A stretch of 64,000 nt of DNA from an uncultured virus (IMG/VR IMGVR_UViG_3300020166_000012) (IMGVR_UViG_3300020166_000012); one strand, 5' to 3'; numbered from the stretch's first letter, positions 1-10,328 are shown. Notes: a model not told the origin generated them from the sequence alone. Program-made: numbers and translations.

Positions 1-300
1 AAAGAATTAGTAAAAAAAGTAACTATAACTAAACCTGTGATATCTTCTAATGAAATAATTATAAATGTAGCCCAGCAAAAAATATCGGCAAATCTTTCAA
101 ATGATCAAACCAATTTATCACAAAGGTTACAAGAAGCCCAGGGAACTTTTGATGAAGTAAAACAGCAGGCAAATACTACTGTAATAATGCCTGCTGTTCC
201 AAATAATATTGATAATAGTTCAACTAGTGTTAGTCATACAACACTTACTGCATCAGGGTCTAGCTCAATAGATAGATCCGATAAAGTAGTGCCCATTTAA
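1..300 (+). CDS. 3' end of a late/structural gene (possibly baseplate hub or tape-measure-like), truncated by the window edge
   Basis: Frame is open from base 1 to TAA at 300; low-complexity N/S/T-rich C-terminus; converges on gp32. Confidence 0.45.
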   Translation, partial: KELVKKVTITKPVISSNEIIINVAQQKISANLSNDQTNLSQRLQEAQGTFDEVKQQANTTVIMPAVPNNIDNSSTSVSHTTLTASGSSSIDRSDKVVPI

Positions 301-1220
301 TCACTCATCAACTTTGAAAAATATGACATAGTGTCATCATCCTCTGTTGACGTTACTGTATCTAGTGAAATATCAGCTGCATTAATGGTTTCTTCTGCAG
401 CAGCTTTATAAGTTGGCGCTGTTGCTTCTTCACCAAGACTTGCTTCTTGTGCTAAGCTCGGTGTACCCATTGTTGCATTAGCTTCTCCTAATACTGATGT
501 AAGTTTAGCACTCAATTCATTATAAGTTTTATATGATGACGGATCAGTAAATTCAGCCAAGCCGTGAATCTTATTATAAATTGCCTCTAGCTCATCATCA
601 TCTTGGGACAATGGCTCTTGCCGTGAAAATTCGGATTTATCGTAATTACGATAACCTTCAACATCACGGATTTTAAGCTTGAAATTTGCGCCAGTCCAAA
701 AATCAAATGGATTAATTGGATCTTCATCATCAAATTCCGGTTGCATAGCATCCATCAATTTATCAAAGATTTTTTTACCATATTGATATAGAAATACTTT
801 GCCTTCATTGGCAGGATTGCCTGGATCACTTACAACATAGATGTTTGATACATAATGAAGCCGCCGCTTTTGTTTACGAGCAGTTTCTTTATCCGCTTCT
901 AAACCAGTATTCCACAAACGCGAATTGAGTTCACCTACCGGATCGTTTTGGCCAATTGAAGTAAGAGATTTTTCAATATACCATTTACCTGTCGGGCCCT
1001 TGAATCCATGATCCCAATAGCGAACCCACGGAAGGTCTGTACCCTCAGCCGCCGGAAGAAAGCGGATAATAGCATATCCATTATTTGCTTTATCTACTGT
1101 TGGTTTCCAAATACGATCGTCTGTATATTTGTTATTTGATTGGCCACCACCAACAGCTTCGGCTGCCGCGACTAGTTTAGTGATATTTGAGGTATTACGT
1201 TTTAGTGATGCGAATGACAT
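297..1220 (-). CDS. 32: single-stranded DNA-binding protein gp32
   Basis: MSFASLK start, DDRIWKP, GYAIIRFLP, HGFKG..GKWYIE, FKLKIR..GYRNYDKS, acidic tail. Confidence 0.97.
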   Translation of the reverse strand: MSFASLKRNTSNITKLVAAAEAVGGGQSNNKYTDDRIWKPTVDKANNGYAIIRFLPAAEGTDLPWVRYWDHGFKGPTGKWYIEKSLTSIGQNDPVGELNSRLWNTGLEADKETARKQKRRLHYVSNIYVVSDPGNPANEGKVFLYQYGKKIFDKLMDAMQPEFDDEDPINPFDFWTGANFKLKIRDVEGYRNYDKSEFSRQEPLSQDDDELEAIYNKIHGLAEFTDPSSYKTYNELSAKLTSVLGEANATMGTPSLAQEASLGEEATAPTYKAAAEETINAADISLDTVTSTEDDDTMSYFSKLMSD

Positions 1221-1257
1221 TAATATTTCTCCATATGTCTGTAGTATTAACTGTATT

Positions 1258-1287
1258 ATTATAGTATGTTTGTGTCACAATGTACAC
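1258..1287 (-). promoter_or_regulatory. early (sigma70-type) promoter upstream of gp32
   Basis: GTGTACA-N17-TATAAT on the minus strand. Confidence 0.65.
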
Positions 1288-1291
1288 GCTT

Positions 1292-1299
1292 TATTTATA
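1292..1299 (-). promoter_or_regulatory. T4-type late promoter TATAAATA
   Basis: Exact TATAAATA between gp33 and gp32. Confidence 0.55.
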
Positions 1300-1300
1300 A

Positions 1301-1546
1301 TTATTCAAAGATAAGTGCGTTTTGTTTTGGTAAAAAGTTTAAAGATTGTGCTTCAGCTTCTACTTTTTCTTTAATAACCGGTGAGATATATTTTTTTACA
1401 TCTTCTGGGTCAATGCCTGTTTCTTTACAAGCTTCTACAATAGCATCAATCCAAGTTAATTTTTTTTGAATTGCATGCTTTTCAATAATTTTAGTAAATT
1501 TAGATTTATTCATAAATTCTTTATCAATAATTGGTTTATCAATCAT
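1301..1546 (-). CDS. 33: late transcription coactivator gp33
   Basis: IDAIVEACKETGIDPEDVKKYISPVIKEKVEAEAQSLNFL; adjacent to gp32. Confidence 0.9.
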   Translation of the reverse strand: MIDKPIIDKEFMNKSKFTKIIEKHAIQKKLTWIDAIVEACKETGIDPEDVKKYISPVIKEKVEAEAQSLNFLPKQNALIFE

Positions 1547-2646
1547 TTATCTAAAGCCCTCAATATAAGTGTTGCATTATTCATACGGCCATTTGCCGCA
1601 CTATTTTTGGTAGTTAAATTAGACCATTCTTTATTAATCTGATTAATAGTTTTCTTTAAAACAATATTTAAGAATTCGGCTGGTTTACGCAATGTTGTAC
1701 AGCGTGAAAGCTCAACATCAATTCCACGGATTGTAGAACCAGATACTTCAAATCCATTAGGTCTATCTGAAACTAATTCGGTTAGTTTTTTATATTTAGT
1801 ATTAAATACATATATGCGTCTTGCCCCAACTATCATTGAAGGATCAATTGAAGATATTTTAAAGGTAGTATCTTCTTTTTGATAGGTTAGTTTTTCTACT
1901 TGTTTATATGCAGATTTTACTTTTGGCTTTCGGGCTTTACGTGTTGCTTTCTTTGAAGCTAAATACTTTTCTGCATCATCAACAAGAGTTGTAAAAAATT
2001 CTAAATATTTTTTCCGGGTTTTAACTGGCATATAAGAATAAGCCTCAACTAAATCTTCGCTTTTTTTATTAACAAGTTCAGCAATTTCTTCTTTTTGAGG
2101 AGTATAATAATCTAATATATGTTTTGCAGTAATGCCTGCAGCATCAGCAGCTTTTAATTGAGTAAATAATGAATATTCGGATTGGGTTTCCCAATCATCA
2201 ACCACTGCCTCAATATCTGCAATAAAGTCCGATGTTTTTTCTTTTAAAATCTCACTAATAGTTTTTTTAGTGATTGGTATTGAACCGCTATCTGATTCGT
2301 TAGATATAGCTTTTGTGCCGCGATTTACATAGTCTGCCAAATATTTTTCAAATAGTTTAGTGGCATTCCATTTTAAAGGAAGCTCTCTATTAGCGGATTG
2401 CCAGGCGATAGTTGCAGCTAATGCAGTATTATTAAATGACCATTCTGGCGCTTTCATTGCGAGTTTATAATCTTCTTTAGACAAATTTTCTTTCAAATAC
2501 CGTTTAACTGTATAAATGATTTCTTTTTTATCTACTTCACAGCGAAGATATTCATTAAAATTATGAAAGGTGTCTACCGGTGCGGCTGCAATTCCAGTAC
2601 TAGCTTTACGCGAATATACTTTTTTAACTTTTGCTTTTTTAGCCAT
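1543..2646 (-). CDS. T4-like phage hypothetical protein
   Basis: 367-aa ORF preceded by an early promoter motif at 2678-2707. Confidence 0.75.
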   Translation of the reverse strand: MAKKAKVKKVYSRKASTGIAAAPVDTFHNFNEYLRCEVDKKEIIYTVKRYLKENLSKEDYKLAMKAPEWSFNNTALAATIAWQSANRELPLKWNATKLFEKYLADYVNRGTKAISNESDSGSIPITKKTISEILKEKTSDFIADIEAVVDDWETQSEYSLFTQLKAADAAGITAKHILDYYTPQKEEIAELVNKKSEDLVEAYSYMPVKTRKKYLEFFTTLVDDAEKYLASKKATRKARKPKVKSAYKQVEKLTYQKEDTTFKISSIDPSMIVGARRIYVFNTKYKKLTELVSDRPNGFEVSGSTIRGIDVELSRCTTLRKPAEFLNIVLKKTINQINKEWSNLTTKNSAANGRMNNATLILRALDK

Positions 2647-2709
2647 AATAAACCCTCATTTATTTTGTTCATAATATATAATAACATAATTTAAATAAAA
2701 TGTAAACGT

Positions 2710-2952
2710 TTATTTTATTTTATTTTCATCATCATCTAACGCCATGATTTCATCAATCTCACCATAGGCATCACGGGTATATTTGATACAATTATTACTT
2801 GCTAAATAAATAATTGTGTTATTAATAATTTCTTCAATATTATCGCTCTGATCTCTTTTGGCCCAAACATATCCAGTAAATGCTGCAAGACCTATAGTAA
2901 TTAAAGCTAAGAAAAATACTGATATATCCATAGAAAAATTAATATCTAACAT
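2710..2952 (-). CDS. small membrane protein
   Basis: N-terminal hydrophobic helix. Confidence 0.65.
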   Translation of the reverse strand: MLDINFSMDISVFFLALITIGLAAFTGYVWAKRDQSDNIEEIINNTIIYLASNNCIKYTRDAYGEIDEIMALDDDENKIK

Positions 2953-3797
2953 GTAGACTCCTTATTAAAAACTGTTTCAAATTTTTTATTAATTAAATGA
3001 ATGAAGTTGCAATGGGATGGTATAGGGTTATTCATATTTCTATGATTATATGGATAATTCCATGTTTCTCCTATGAAAATAATATCTATAAAATATTTAT
3101 GTAAAAGAAAAGAAAAAATTGACTCATTATTATAGCTATAATTTATTATGATATAATCCGCATAATGTTCCATCAAATTACTATTTTTTGATATGTCAAT
3201 TAAACGTTTTGTTTCTTTTAAATTTTTCATATAATTTAGTTTTTGTATAGTTTTTTTATTTAAAAGTATAACCCCAGTATTAATTACATATTTTGGATAT
3301 TGATCATTACTTCTATGGAGAGTTTTACACAAAGTATTCATTAATGCTTTTTTAGTAGAAATACTTCTTTTATTTGGAATATATGAAAGTGTGCCAGTTT
3401 TAATTAATGATTGTACATTTGATGCTAAATCATCTTCAAATCCATGCACATAAACAGTTTCGCTATTTTCATCTATAAAATCAAAAATATTTTTCTTATT
3501 TTGTATAAAAATATCCAAATCTATGTATAAAATATAATCATAAATGGCACTAAAATCATATATTAGTTTGTGCTTATAATGCTGTAATGCTTGATATACA
3601 TCTTCGTACATTCCAAGAAGGGTTAATTCATTACAAAATTCTTTGAAATCATCCCCGGGTATTACTGAAATGTATTCTGCATCAATGCAGTTAGCGTATT
3701 CTTTATGATTATTTTGCAATAATTCGACATAATTATGCATGCGTCTATCTGGATTATTAGCATCATCATAATATATGCTAAAAATTAGTTTTTTCAT
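2946..3797 (-). CDS. GT-A fold glycosyltransferase-like protein
   Basis: YDYILYIDLD (DxD), INTGVILL, WNY...HL motifs. Confidence 0.7.
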   Translation of the reverse strand: MKKLIFSIYYDDANNPDRRMHNYVELLQNNHKEYANCIDAEYISVIPGDDFKEFCNELTLLGMYEDVYQALQHYKHKLIYDFSAIYDYILYIDLDIFIQNKKNIFDFIDENSETVYVHGFEDDLASNVQSLIKTGTLSYIPNKRSISTKKALMNTLCKTLHRSNDQYPKYVINTGVILLNKKTIQKLNYMKNLKETKRLIDISKNSNLMEHYADYIIINYSYNNESIFSFLLHKYFIDIIFIGETWNYPYNHRNMNNPIPSHCNFIHLINKKFETVFNKESTC

Positions 3798-3805
3798 ATT
3801 AATTG

Positions 3806-4633
3806 TTATTCCGCTGATACATCTATTTCAGAAATTTCTTGTCTAAGTTTTGCAAATCTATCTCGATTTTTCCAATCTCCGCCGGTTACACCGCGCACAC
3901 CATGAATACCAATTGTTGGCATAGCATAGTTCGAGGCTTGTTCTAATACGGCGGGATTGCCATGTTCATCAATAAAAGGATATTCTGTACCATTTTCAAA
4001 GCGGTTAGATTCAATATACGTATGGGTTGTAGCACCATACTCTTCAGACAATAATGCAATATCGTCAAGATGATCCTGGTTATGTTTGTGAATAACTGTT
4101 TTATGATCAATTTCAACTGCTTTACCGCCAGCCTCAGCTAATGCTTGCATATTAGCTAAAATTTTGGATAAAATTGTTTTGCGTCTATACATATTTTGCA
4201 TTTCTTGATTAACGCCCTCGATTGCAAAACTAATCCGCAATGGATGGCGACCAACATATTTTTTAGCTATAAGACCAAGTTCTTTCCACCATATAACACT
4301 TCTTAAACTGCCATTGGTATCAATTCTAATATTAGCGTCAGTCTTACATTCATAAATATATTGTATTATTTTAGCAATGTCTTTTGCCATAAAGGGATCA
4401 CCCCATGTGCCACAAATTTCCCATACATTAATCATAGAAATAATATGCGGTGGATATGCAGCTTTAAATTCATCTAGCGTCCATTGTACAAGTGGTAGCC
4501 AATCAATTTTACCTAATCCACCACTTTTATTATCAACTCTATGGCATTGCGGGCAACCCGCATTACAAAATGTAGAAATATCTAAAAATACCTGGAGTTT
4601 ATTGTTTTTTAAAATATCGCTATATGTTGGCAT
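3806..4633 (-). CDS. radical SAM protein (no C-terminal SPASM domain)
   Basis: CNAGCPQC (CX3CX2C), GTWGDP, TNGS. Confidence 0.9.
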   Translation of the reverse strand: MPTYSDILKNNKLQVFLDISTFCNAGCPQCHRVDNKSGGLGKIDWLPLVQWTLDEFKAAYPPHIISMINVWEICGTWGDPFMAKDIAKIIQYIYECKTDANIRIDTNGSLRSVIWWKELGLIAKKYVGRHPLRISFAIEGVNQEMQNMYRRKTILSKILANMQALAEAGGKAVEIDHKTVIHKHNQDHLDDIALLSEEYGATTHTYIESNRFENGTEYPFIDEHGNPAVLEQASNYAMPTIGIHGVRGVTGGDWKNRDRFAKLRQEISEIDVSAE

Positions 4634-4664
4634 AATATTATTTCCTTATAATGCATCAATACTG

Positions 4665-4910
4665 TTATTTATTAACGTTTTTAGGTGATGTTAAATACAA
4701 TCCTTCGGTATGATTCATCGAAACAAATAATTCATTAAACATATGCGGAGATATTTGGATTACTTCATGACGATTATAGATTTCATTCCATTGACGGAAA
4801 AAAACTACATCATCACTAACTATAATTTGAAAATCTTCATATTTTGCATCATTATCAACAATAGTAATAACACTTGCATCAAATTCTTCTTCAATACTAA
4901 ACATCGTCAC
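4665..4910 (-). CDS. hypothetical protein
   Basis: Tightly packed ORF. Confidence 0.65.
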   Translation of the reverse strand: MTMFSIEEEFDASVITIVDNDAKYEDFQIIVSDDVVFFRQWNEIYNRHEVIQISPHMFNELFVSMNHTEGLYLTSPKNVNK

Positions 4911-5029
4911 GTTTTTCTTTAATTAATGTTTTTATTGTATTAATTTCGGCATTAAGTAAATCGACCTCGTGCCTCAGTGAAGACACAAGATCATTTATAG
5001 CATACATTTTTATTTCAAGATGTTTTGGA

Positions 5030-5320
5030 TTAATCCCAGTCATTGTCAAACCTTGTTGTTTCATACAAAACTTCACCATAATATTCTTTTGCATATTTCG
5101 GTGCATCTGTATATTGATTAATATTAATAGTTGGTTTATTTATTTCTTTTTCAAGACTTGATTCTGTACGTACAGCCCGAGCATTTAGCATAGCACGACG
5201 AGCGGCCGCAGATTTTTTCTTAATAATTTCCATGCGAGCTGCGCGCGCAACGGCTTCTTTACGACGAGTAGCAATTTGCTTAATAAGGTCAATCCGCTCT
5301 GCTTGAGTTTTTGCGATCAT
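5030..5320 (-). CDS. hypothetical early protein
   Basis: Preceded by an early promoter at 5356-5385. Confidence 0.7.
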   Translation of the reverse strand: MIAKTQAERIDLIKQIATRRKEAVARAARMEIIKKKSAAARRAMLNARAVRTESSLEKEINKPTININQYTDAPKYAKEYYGEVLYETTRFDNDWD

Positions 5321-5355
5321 GTTATAAGTTCCTTAGTTAGTTTCATTTATACATC

Positions 5356-5385
5356 TTTATAGCATATAAGAAAGGGAATGTAAAC
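5356..5385 (-). promoter_or_regulatory. early promoter
   Basis: GTTTACA-N17-TATAAA with extended -10 TG. Confidence 0.75.
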
Positions 5386-5418
5386 CCCTAAAATGCAATT
5401 AATCGAAATTAATTTCAA

Positions 5419-5685
5419 TTAACCCCAATCTTTTTTATCTCCGAGTTCTTCATTACGTTCATAACCAGCAGTATATTGTAAGATTTCGTCATTTGACATA
5501 TTATGCCACGTAATACATTCACCATTATTAGTACCATATGGCCACCAATGTGGATTATATGCGCGATGATAATAACTATCAGCGCCACCCCGATCAAATG
5601 GGCCACCATGACGAATCATCTCATTACTATCCGACCACGTAAGATCAAATTCAACACCATTATAAGTGTATAATTCTTTCTTCAT
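5419..5685 (-). CDS. hypothetical protein
   Basis: HGGPFDRGGADSYY motif; 88-aa ORF. Confidence 0.7.
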   Translation of the reverse strand: MKKELYTYNGVEFDLTWSDSNEMIRHGGPFDRGGADSYYHRAYNPHWWPYGTNNGECITWHNMSNDEILQYTAGYERNEELGDKKDWG

Positions 5686-5729
5686 AATATATACCCTTTA
5701 ACTATTTTCATTTATTGTAAAAAAGTTTT

Positions 5730-5951
5730 TCAAAAATTGCGCGCATAGACCTCCGTTTTGACCGCAATTGCATTCGCAGCAAAGCTTTTTTCTTCCATAC
5801 GTATTACATTAATCATTGAAAACTTTTCATTTGGGTTTTGCAACCTATTATAATAATGTTGAACTGAAGTGGCAGAAATTCCAGTTGCCCATTCAATCAT
5901 TTCATAATTACCGTTTTCTTTGGCATAAGCTTTAACTTCATACTTGGTCAT
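5730..5951 (-). CDS. hypothetical protein
   Basis: Packed ORF. Confidence 0.6.
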   Translation of the reverse strand: MTKYEVKAYAKENGNYEMIEWATGISATSVQHYYNRLQNPNEKFSMINVIRMEEKSFAANAIAVKTEVYARNF

Positions 5952-5953
5952 AA

Positions 5954-6292
5954 TTATATTCCTTCAATTTTTTTAAATCCCATACCGGCACATAAGAAAA
6001 ATTCTCCATTTAATTCAAAAATATCACCAACCGAAGAAGATGTTCCGTTATCACCTAAAACATCAACATACCGCTGATTGTTCCAAAGATTAGTCCATTC
6101 AAATGCTTCTTCAAGATTTTCTGTTTCAACTTCATATGCCGCAGTATAAAACTCTGAGAAATAATTAGCTTGAACCCGTTCGGCATCACCAAATTGCAAC
6201 TGCATTTTGGCATCAAACTTTGGAACAGTCTCGTTGCGATTTATTGCATCAATTTCTGTTGGAGTGAGCTGTATTTGGTGAATAGTAATCAT
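5954..6292 (-). CDS. YodL-like domain protein
   Basis: SSSVGDIF...GMGFKKI; start reassigned to the ATG after the GAGG RBS and early promoter at 6318-6347. Confidence 0.5.
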   Translation of the reverse strand: MITIHQIQLTPTEIDAINRNETVPKFDAKMQLQFGDAERVQANYFSEFYTAAYEVETENLEEAFEWTNLWNNQRYVDVLGDNGTSSSVGDIFELNGEFFLCAGMGFKKIEGI

Positions 6293-6396
6293 AGTAATTC
6301 CTCTATATGTTACATAGAATATAACATGCAAAAACAGGAATGTAAACACTAAAATACATTTTATTTGTATTTTATTTTAACTGAGACATTTTTGTA

Positions 6397-6693
6397 TCAG
6401 TAATATGTTTTATATAATTTTTTAATTTTATCTAGCTCGGGATGTTTATGAATCCATTGACCGGTACTAGCATTAAATTCTTTTTTAAAAAATGTATCTA
6501 ATTTTTTATTAGTAGTTTTTATTGAAGTATCTACTTGTAAACATTTTTTATCAAATTCTGCATCTGACATAATTTCAGAATTTTTAAATTCATAAGCATA
6601 TGCAGCAATGCTTAATTTAATACGCAACCAAGTTTGAAATTCAATTTCAGTTTTTTGTTTGGGAGTATTGTGCATAAATTGTTCAAGAGACAT
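6397..6693 (-). CDS. stand-alone NAD-dependent DNA ligase domain-Ia-like protein
   Basis: AYAYEF...IMSDAEFD resembles the LigA N-terminal Y..P.ISD.EYD motif. Confidence 0.6.
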   Translation of the reverse strand: MSLEQFMHNTPKQKTEIEFQTWLRIKLSIAAYAYEFKNSEIMSDAEFDKKCLQVDTSIKTTNKKLDTFFKKEFNASTGQWIHKHPELDKIKKLYKTYY

Positions 6694-6694
6694 A

Positions 6695-7168
6695 TTACTT
6701 TTTTGCCCATTTGGTAATTGTTCCGAATGGTGTAATACTGATTTTTCGAGGTTCAAATAATTTAAAAATTTCTGCTTTTGGTAAATGAACATCACAATTA
6801 TAATTTTTGCCAACATTATTTAGCCATAACTCATCAATAATATCTAATGAACTATTTACTAGTTGTGATCCACCAATAATCCAAACATCTTCATATTGAG
6901 ATATTGTATTCATTCTTGATTTGTAAATATCCGGGCGTATAATTTCTACACCGTACTGTATTTTCATTTTAGAGGACACTACTATGTTATGTCTATTAGA
7001 TAGCGGTTTAAATGGTAAACTTTCCCAAGTAGACCTACCCATAACAACAGTAGAACCATTAGTGGATTCTTTAAACCATTTTAAATCTTCACTATTTTTA
7101 GGCCACGGCAAATCATTATTTTTGCCAATTCCCCAATGTTTATCGTGGGCTAGAATTGCTCTAATCAT
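6695..7168 (-). CDS. frd: dihydrofolate reductase
   Basis: GIGKNNDLPW, VVMGRSTWESL, PLSNRHNIV, WIIGG. Confidence 0.96.
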   Translation of the reverse strand: MIRAILAHDKHWGIGKNNDLPWPKNSEDLKWFKESTNGSTVVMGRSTWESLPFKPLSNRHNIVVSSKMKIQYGVEIIRPDIYKSRMNTISQYEDVWIIGGSQLVNSSLDIIDELWLNNVGKNYNCDVHLPKAEIFKLFEPRKISITPFGTITKWAKK

Positions 7169-7170
7169 AA

Positions 7171-7371
7171 TTAAGTTAATCCATTAAGTAATTTTACTAC
7201 TAATTCTTGGCTTTCGGCTATATGATATGTTGATCCATTTGAGGTAAAAATTCTGGTACATGACATATTTTCAACATTATCAGTATAAATTGCCATAATA
7301 TGGTCAGAATTAAGATATATCTTATCTCCAACTCTACCTTCGGCCATATTTTCAAAACATATAAAACTCAT
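7171..7371 (-). CDS. FlbD/SwrD-like small protein
   Basis: IYLNSDHI...TRIFTSNG..Y.I.ES.E.V pattern. Confidence 0.45.
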   Translation of the reverse strand: MSFICFENMAEGRVGDKIYLNSDHIMAIYTDNVENMSCTRIFTSNGSTYHIAESQELVVKLLNGLT

Positions 7372-7372
7372 A

Positions 7373-7738
7373 TTATTTTTCTTCGTCAAAAAGACAAAAG
7401 CGAATACATTGCTCAGCAACGTTTTCACCATTTTTCCATGATTCTGGAAGTGTTTTAGTAAACCACTCATGTTCAACAATTTCTTCGAGTGGTTTGTTTT
7501 TAATATTTAAATCATGAGCATTTTTTTTATACTCATTCATAAGATGCCCGACTTGCCAATCCGCAAATTGGGTACGGTATTCACTATTACCAAGATAACA
7601 ACATGGCAATACTCCACCATCCGGATTAACTAAAATACGGTTATTTTCCATCCATTGGCATTTTACTTTAATTTCGCCACTTTCAAGCCGAGCACAGTTC
7701 TCATCGCTTATAATATAATCTCTATTATATTTTTTCAT
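7373..7738 (-). CDS. stand-alone SPASM/twitch Fe-S domain protein
   Basis: C...ILVNPDGGVLPCC...CIRFC. Confidence 0.75.
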   Translation of the reverse strand: MKKYNRDYIISDENCARLESGEIKVKCQWMENNRILVNPDGGVLPCCYLGNSEYRTQFADWQVGHLMNEYKKNAHDLNIKNKPLEEIVEHEWFTKTLPESWKNGENVAEQCIRFCLFDEEK

Positions 7739-8013
7739 GCTTTATAAATTCCGGTTAATTTTGTTTCAAATGCTTCAACTTTTGCCAATCTATTAGGCCA
7801 AAGAATATATTCTTTTTCGGGATTTGCTTTTAAATTATTTAAAAGCGGAATAATTGCATTATATAATGCGTCTAATTTTTCTTGTGTACTTTGTGCGTTA
7901 GCTGATACTGATTGGGTGGTCGCCTGCAATTCTTGTACTGCCTGCAATTCGTCTTCGTCAACAGCAGTAAATCCGAAATCAAATAAATCATTCATTATTT
8001 TTAGCCTTTTCAT
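7735..8013 (-). CDS. hypothetical protein
   Basis: FDFGFTAVDE...ILWPNR. Confidence 0.7.
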   Translation of the reverse strand: MKRLKIMNDLFDFGFTAVDEDELQAVQELQATTQSVSANAQSTQEKLDALYNAIIPLLNNLKANPEKEYILWPNRLAKVEAFETKLTGIYKA

Positions 8014-8066
8014 CTTCTTCTCTGTATTTACGCATTATATACGCGTAATAAGATTCTCTGGGTTCT

Positions 8067-8564
8067 TTATTGACCATATGGAACGTCCACATAGACAGTA
8101 TCACCAACAGAATAAAAAGAATCTGAATAAATATAGCCACGCAAATTCTGGCGCTTCCAATGAATAATATATGTATATGATTGAGTTTCTACCGGAACAT
8201 TAACTGTAGTACATACAGTTTCTGAACGATATCCAGATACAACCCGTTTATTACTGGTTTTATCTGCAGCAATAACAGCGCCAAAAATTGCTCCGGCCGC
8301 GGCACCTTTATCATTTCCGCTAACACCTTTACCAAGCAATCCACCAAGAATCATTCCAGCAAGAACATCTCCGCTATTAGATCCAGACTCAATATTGCGA
8401 TAAACTGGAACATTTTGTAATGAGCATTGTTTTTGGTTTTGATATGATGTTTGCACTTGAGTAATTTTTTCAACATGCCAGACTTTAGCTGAACGTGTTA
8501 CTGCAAATGCCGCAGTACTTGCAAGACTGGCTATAACAGCCAATGGTATAAGTGATTTTTTCAT
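8067..8564 (-). CDS. secreted glycine-zipper 2TM protein
   Basis: Signal peptide; GMILGGLLG...GAAAGAIFG. Confidence 0.8.
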   Translation of the reverse strand: MKKSLIPLAVIASLASTAAFAVTRSAKVWHVEKITQVQTSYQNQKQCSLQNVPVYRNIESGSNSGDVLAGMILGGLLGKGVSGNDKGAAAGAIFGAVIAADKTSNKRVVSGYRSETVCTTVNVPVETQSYTYIIHWKRQNLRGYIYSDSFYSVGDTVYVDVPYGQ

Positions 8565-8679
8565 AGCAATTTCCTCATATGATTTAATTTATTATAACAA
8601 ATAAAATACAGGATGTAAACAGTTAATTTCACTTTTATGAAAATAAAGTGACCCACAATTTCTGCAGGCCACTTTACTA

Positions 8680-9549
8680 TTATAAGAGTACTGCTAAAGT
8701 GGCTGGACCAGCAATACCATCAGCAGTTAAGCCATTTGCGGCTTGCCATTCTTTTAATGCGCGCTCAGTGCCTGGACCAAATACGCCATCCGCACTAATA
8801 CCCAAAGCTTCTTGCATCATTCCAACACCTGCGCCCTTGCAACCTTTACGTAGCACACCGATATCATCTACATCAAAATCATCATCACCAGCATCTTCGC
8901 TAAGTGAAACCGGATTACCAAACACTTCCATTGCTTTTGAATATCTGCTTTGACGATCCGCAAGACCAATATTTCCGCCGTTAATTTTTTTTGTCATTTT
9001 CACAACGTCATCAGTATCTGCAATAGCATTGAGGTTATTGGCATCCCAGAACCAGCACGCTGACTCTACAGCGCCCTTAGGTGTTGCTACATAGATTGCA
9101 GCTTCTTCTGCACTAATGCCAATGCTACGGCCAAATTTGGTATAATTTTCGCGACCAGTTAATTGCTTAAGCCCACGACCCCGAAATAACCAACCATCAC
9201 CTTCATTAACATTGCCCATTTTATATTTGCGGAATTCATCCATATAAACATAATTAGCAATTTTTTCGGGATTACGAGCATAATCAGCAGCATTGCGTTT
9301 ATGTGGAGCTGAGCCAAAATAACGTCCAAACACTGCGTTGAGCGCTTTTTCACTATAGTTTAAATTTTCTGATAATGAGCGGAAATTATTAGATTCATGT
9401 GCACACTGAGAAATAAAATGCGCAGCCCGTCGTTCAGTAGTAATATCATATTTGGGCATTATAGCAACTAACGCTTCATACCAAGAATCAATATCTTTAT
9501 TACCGGGAATTAGCTGTGCAAGTTGTTCTTTTTGTAATTCAAAACTCAT
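8680..9549 (-). CDS. glycoside hydrolase 19 endolysin with C-terminal peptidoglycan-binding domain
   Basis: QCAHES, ENLNYS, FRGRGLKQLTGRENY, TKKINGG, DGVFGPGT/DGIAGPAT. Confidence 0.93.
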   Translation of the reverse strand: MSFELQKEQLAQLIPGNKDIDSWYEALVAIMPKYDITTERRAAHFISQCAHESNNFRSLSENLNYSEKALNAVFGRYFGSAPHKRNAADYARNPEKIANYVYMDEFRKYKMGNVNEGDGWLFRGRGLKQLTGRENYTKFGRSIGISAEEAAIYVATPKGAVESACWFWDANNLNAIADTDDVVKMTKKINGGNIGLADRQSRYSKAMEVFGNPVSLSEDAGDDDFDVDDIGVLRKGCKGAGVGMMQEALGISADGVFGPGTERALKEWQAANGLTADGIAGPATLAVLL

Positions 9550-9569
9550 GGTTTATATCCTTTTCAATT

Positions 9570-10328
9570 TTATAAATTGTTTTTCAAGTTAGCTTCTATA
9601 TTACTTATATATCCATCAATTGAATGATCAGTTAGTGGATCGGCTGCTCCGGATGTCCAAATACCATCCAAAAATTCTTTTAATTTAAATAAAAGATTGC
9701 TTTTACGTTCAACGCCTTCGGCGTCAAAATAACATTCTGTGCCATGGTGCTTATATCCCATAATTGCTAATGGAACCCGGCAAACAATATCATTATTATT
9801 TACCCATCTCATATGTGGGGTTTGCAAATTTTTAGTATAGCCCTTTAATCCAACTCGTGGGGAGCCAAAGGTAAAAATTGCCATAGGATCGGATAAGTGT
9901 GCTGCATTAAAACATCTTGAAGCCATAATGGTAGTCATGCCAGCCCCTAAGCTATGCCCAGTAAACCAAAGATCTCTATTTTTAACCGCGCCCACTCTAA
10001 GTTTAGATTCTAGTAATGGCCATAAATCATCTGCTTCCGATTTAAATCCAGCATGAACTCTACTTTTAGATTCCGATTTTACTGGCCATGCATTTAAATC
10101 TGCTTTTAAATCATTTAATTCAGTTGGTTCTGTGCCACGACAAGCAATAACAGTATCATCAGCACTTTGAAAACGATAAGCTTGTGCTCCATCAGCATTA
10201 TAAAATTCAGCAAAATAAAAGCCCAATTTTTTACTTTCAATCTTAGCTTTAGTGGGCTTCATATATGCAATTTTTGAAAGCTTTGCAAATAATAATGCTT
10301 GTTCATATTTTGACATATTTCTTATCAT
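9570..10328 (-). CDS. class 3 lipase
   Basis: RGTE, VHAGF, TGHSLGAG (GxSxG), FGSPRVG, DIVCRVP. Confidence 0.92.
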   Translation of the reverse strand: MIRNMSKYEQALLFAKLSKIAYMKPTKAKIESKKLGFYFAEFYNADGAQAYRFQSADDTVIACRGTEPTELNDLKADLNAWPVKSESKSRVHAGFKSEADDLWPLLESKLRVGAVKNRDLWFTGHSLGAGMTTIMASRCFNAAHLSDPMAIFTFGSPRVGLKGYTKNLQTPHMRWVNNNDIVCRVPLAIMGYKHHGTECYFDAEGVERKSNLLFKLKEFLDGIWTSGAADPLTDHSIDGYISNIEANLKNNL

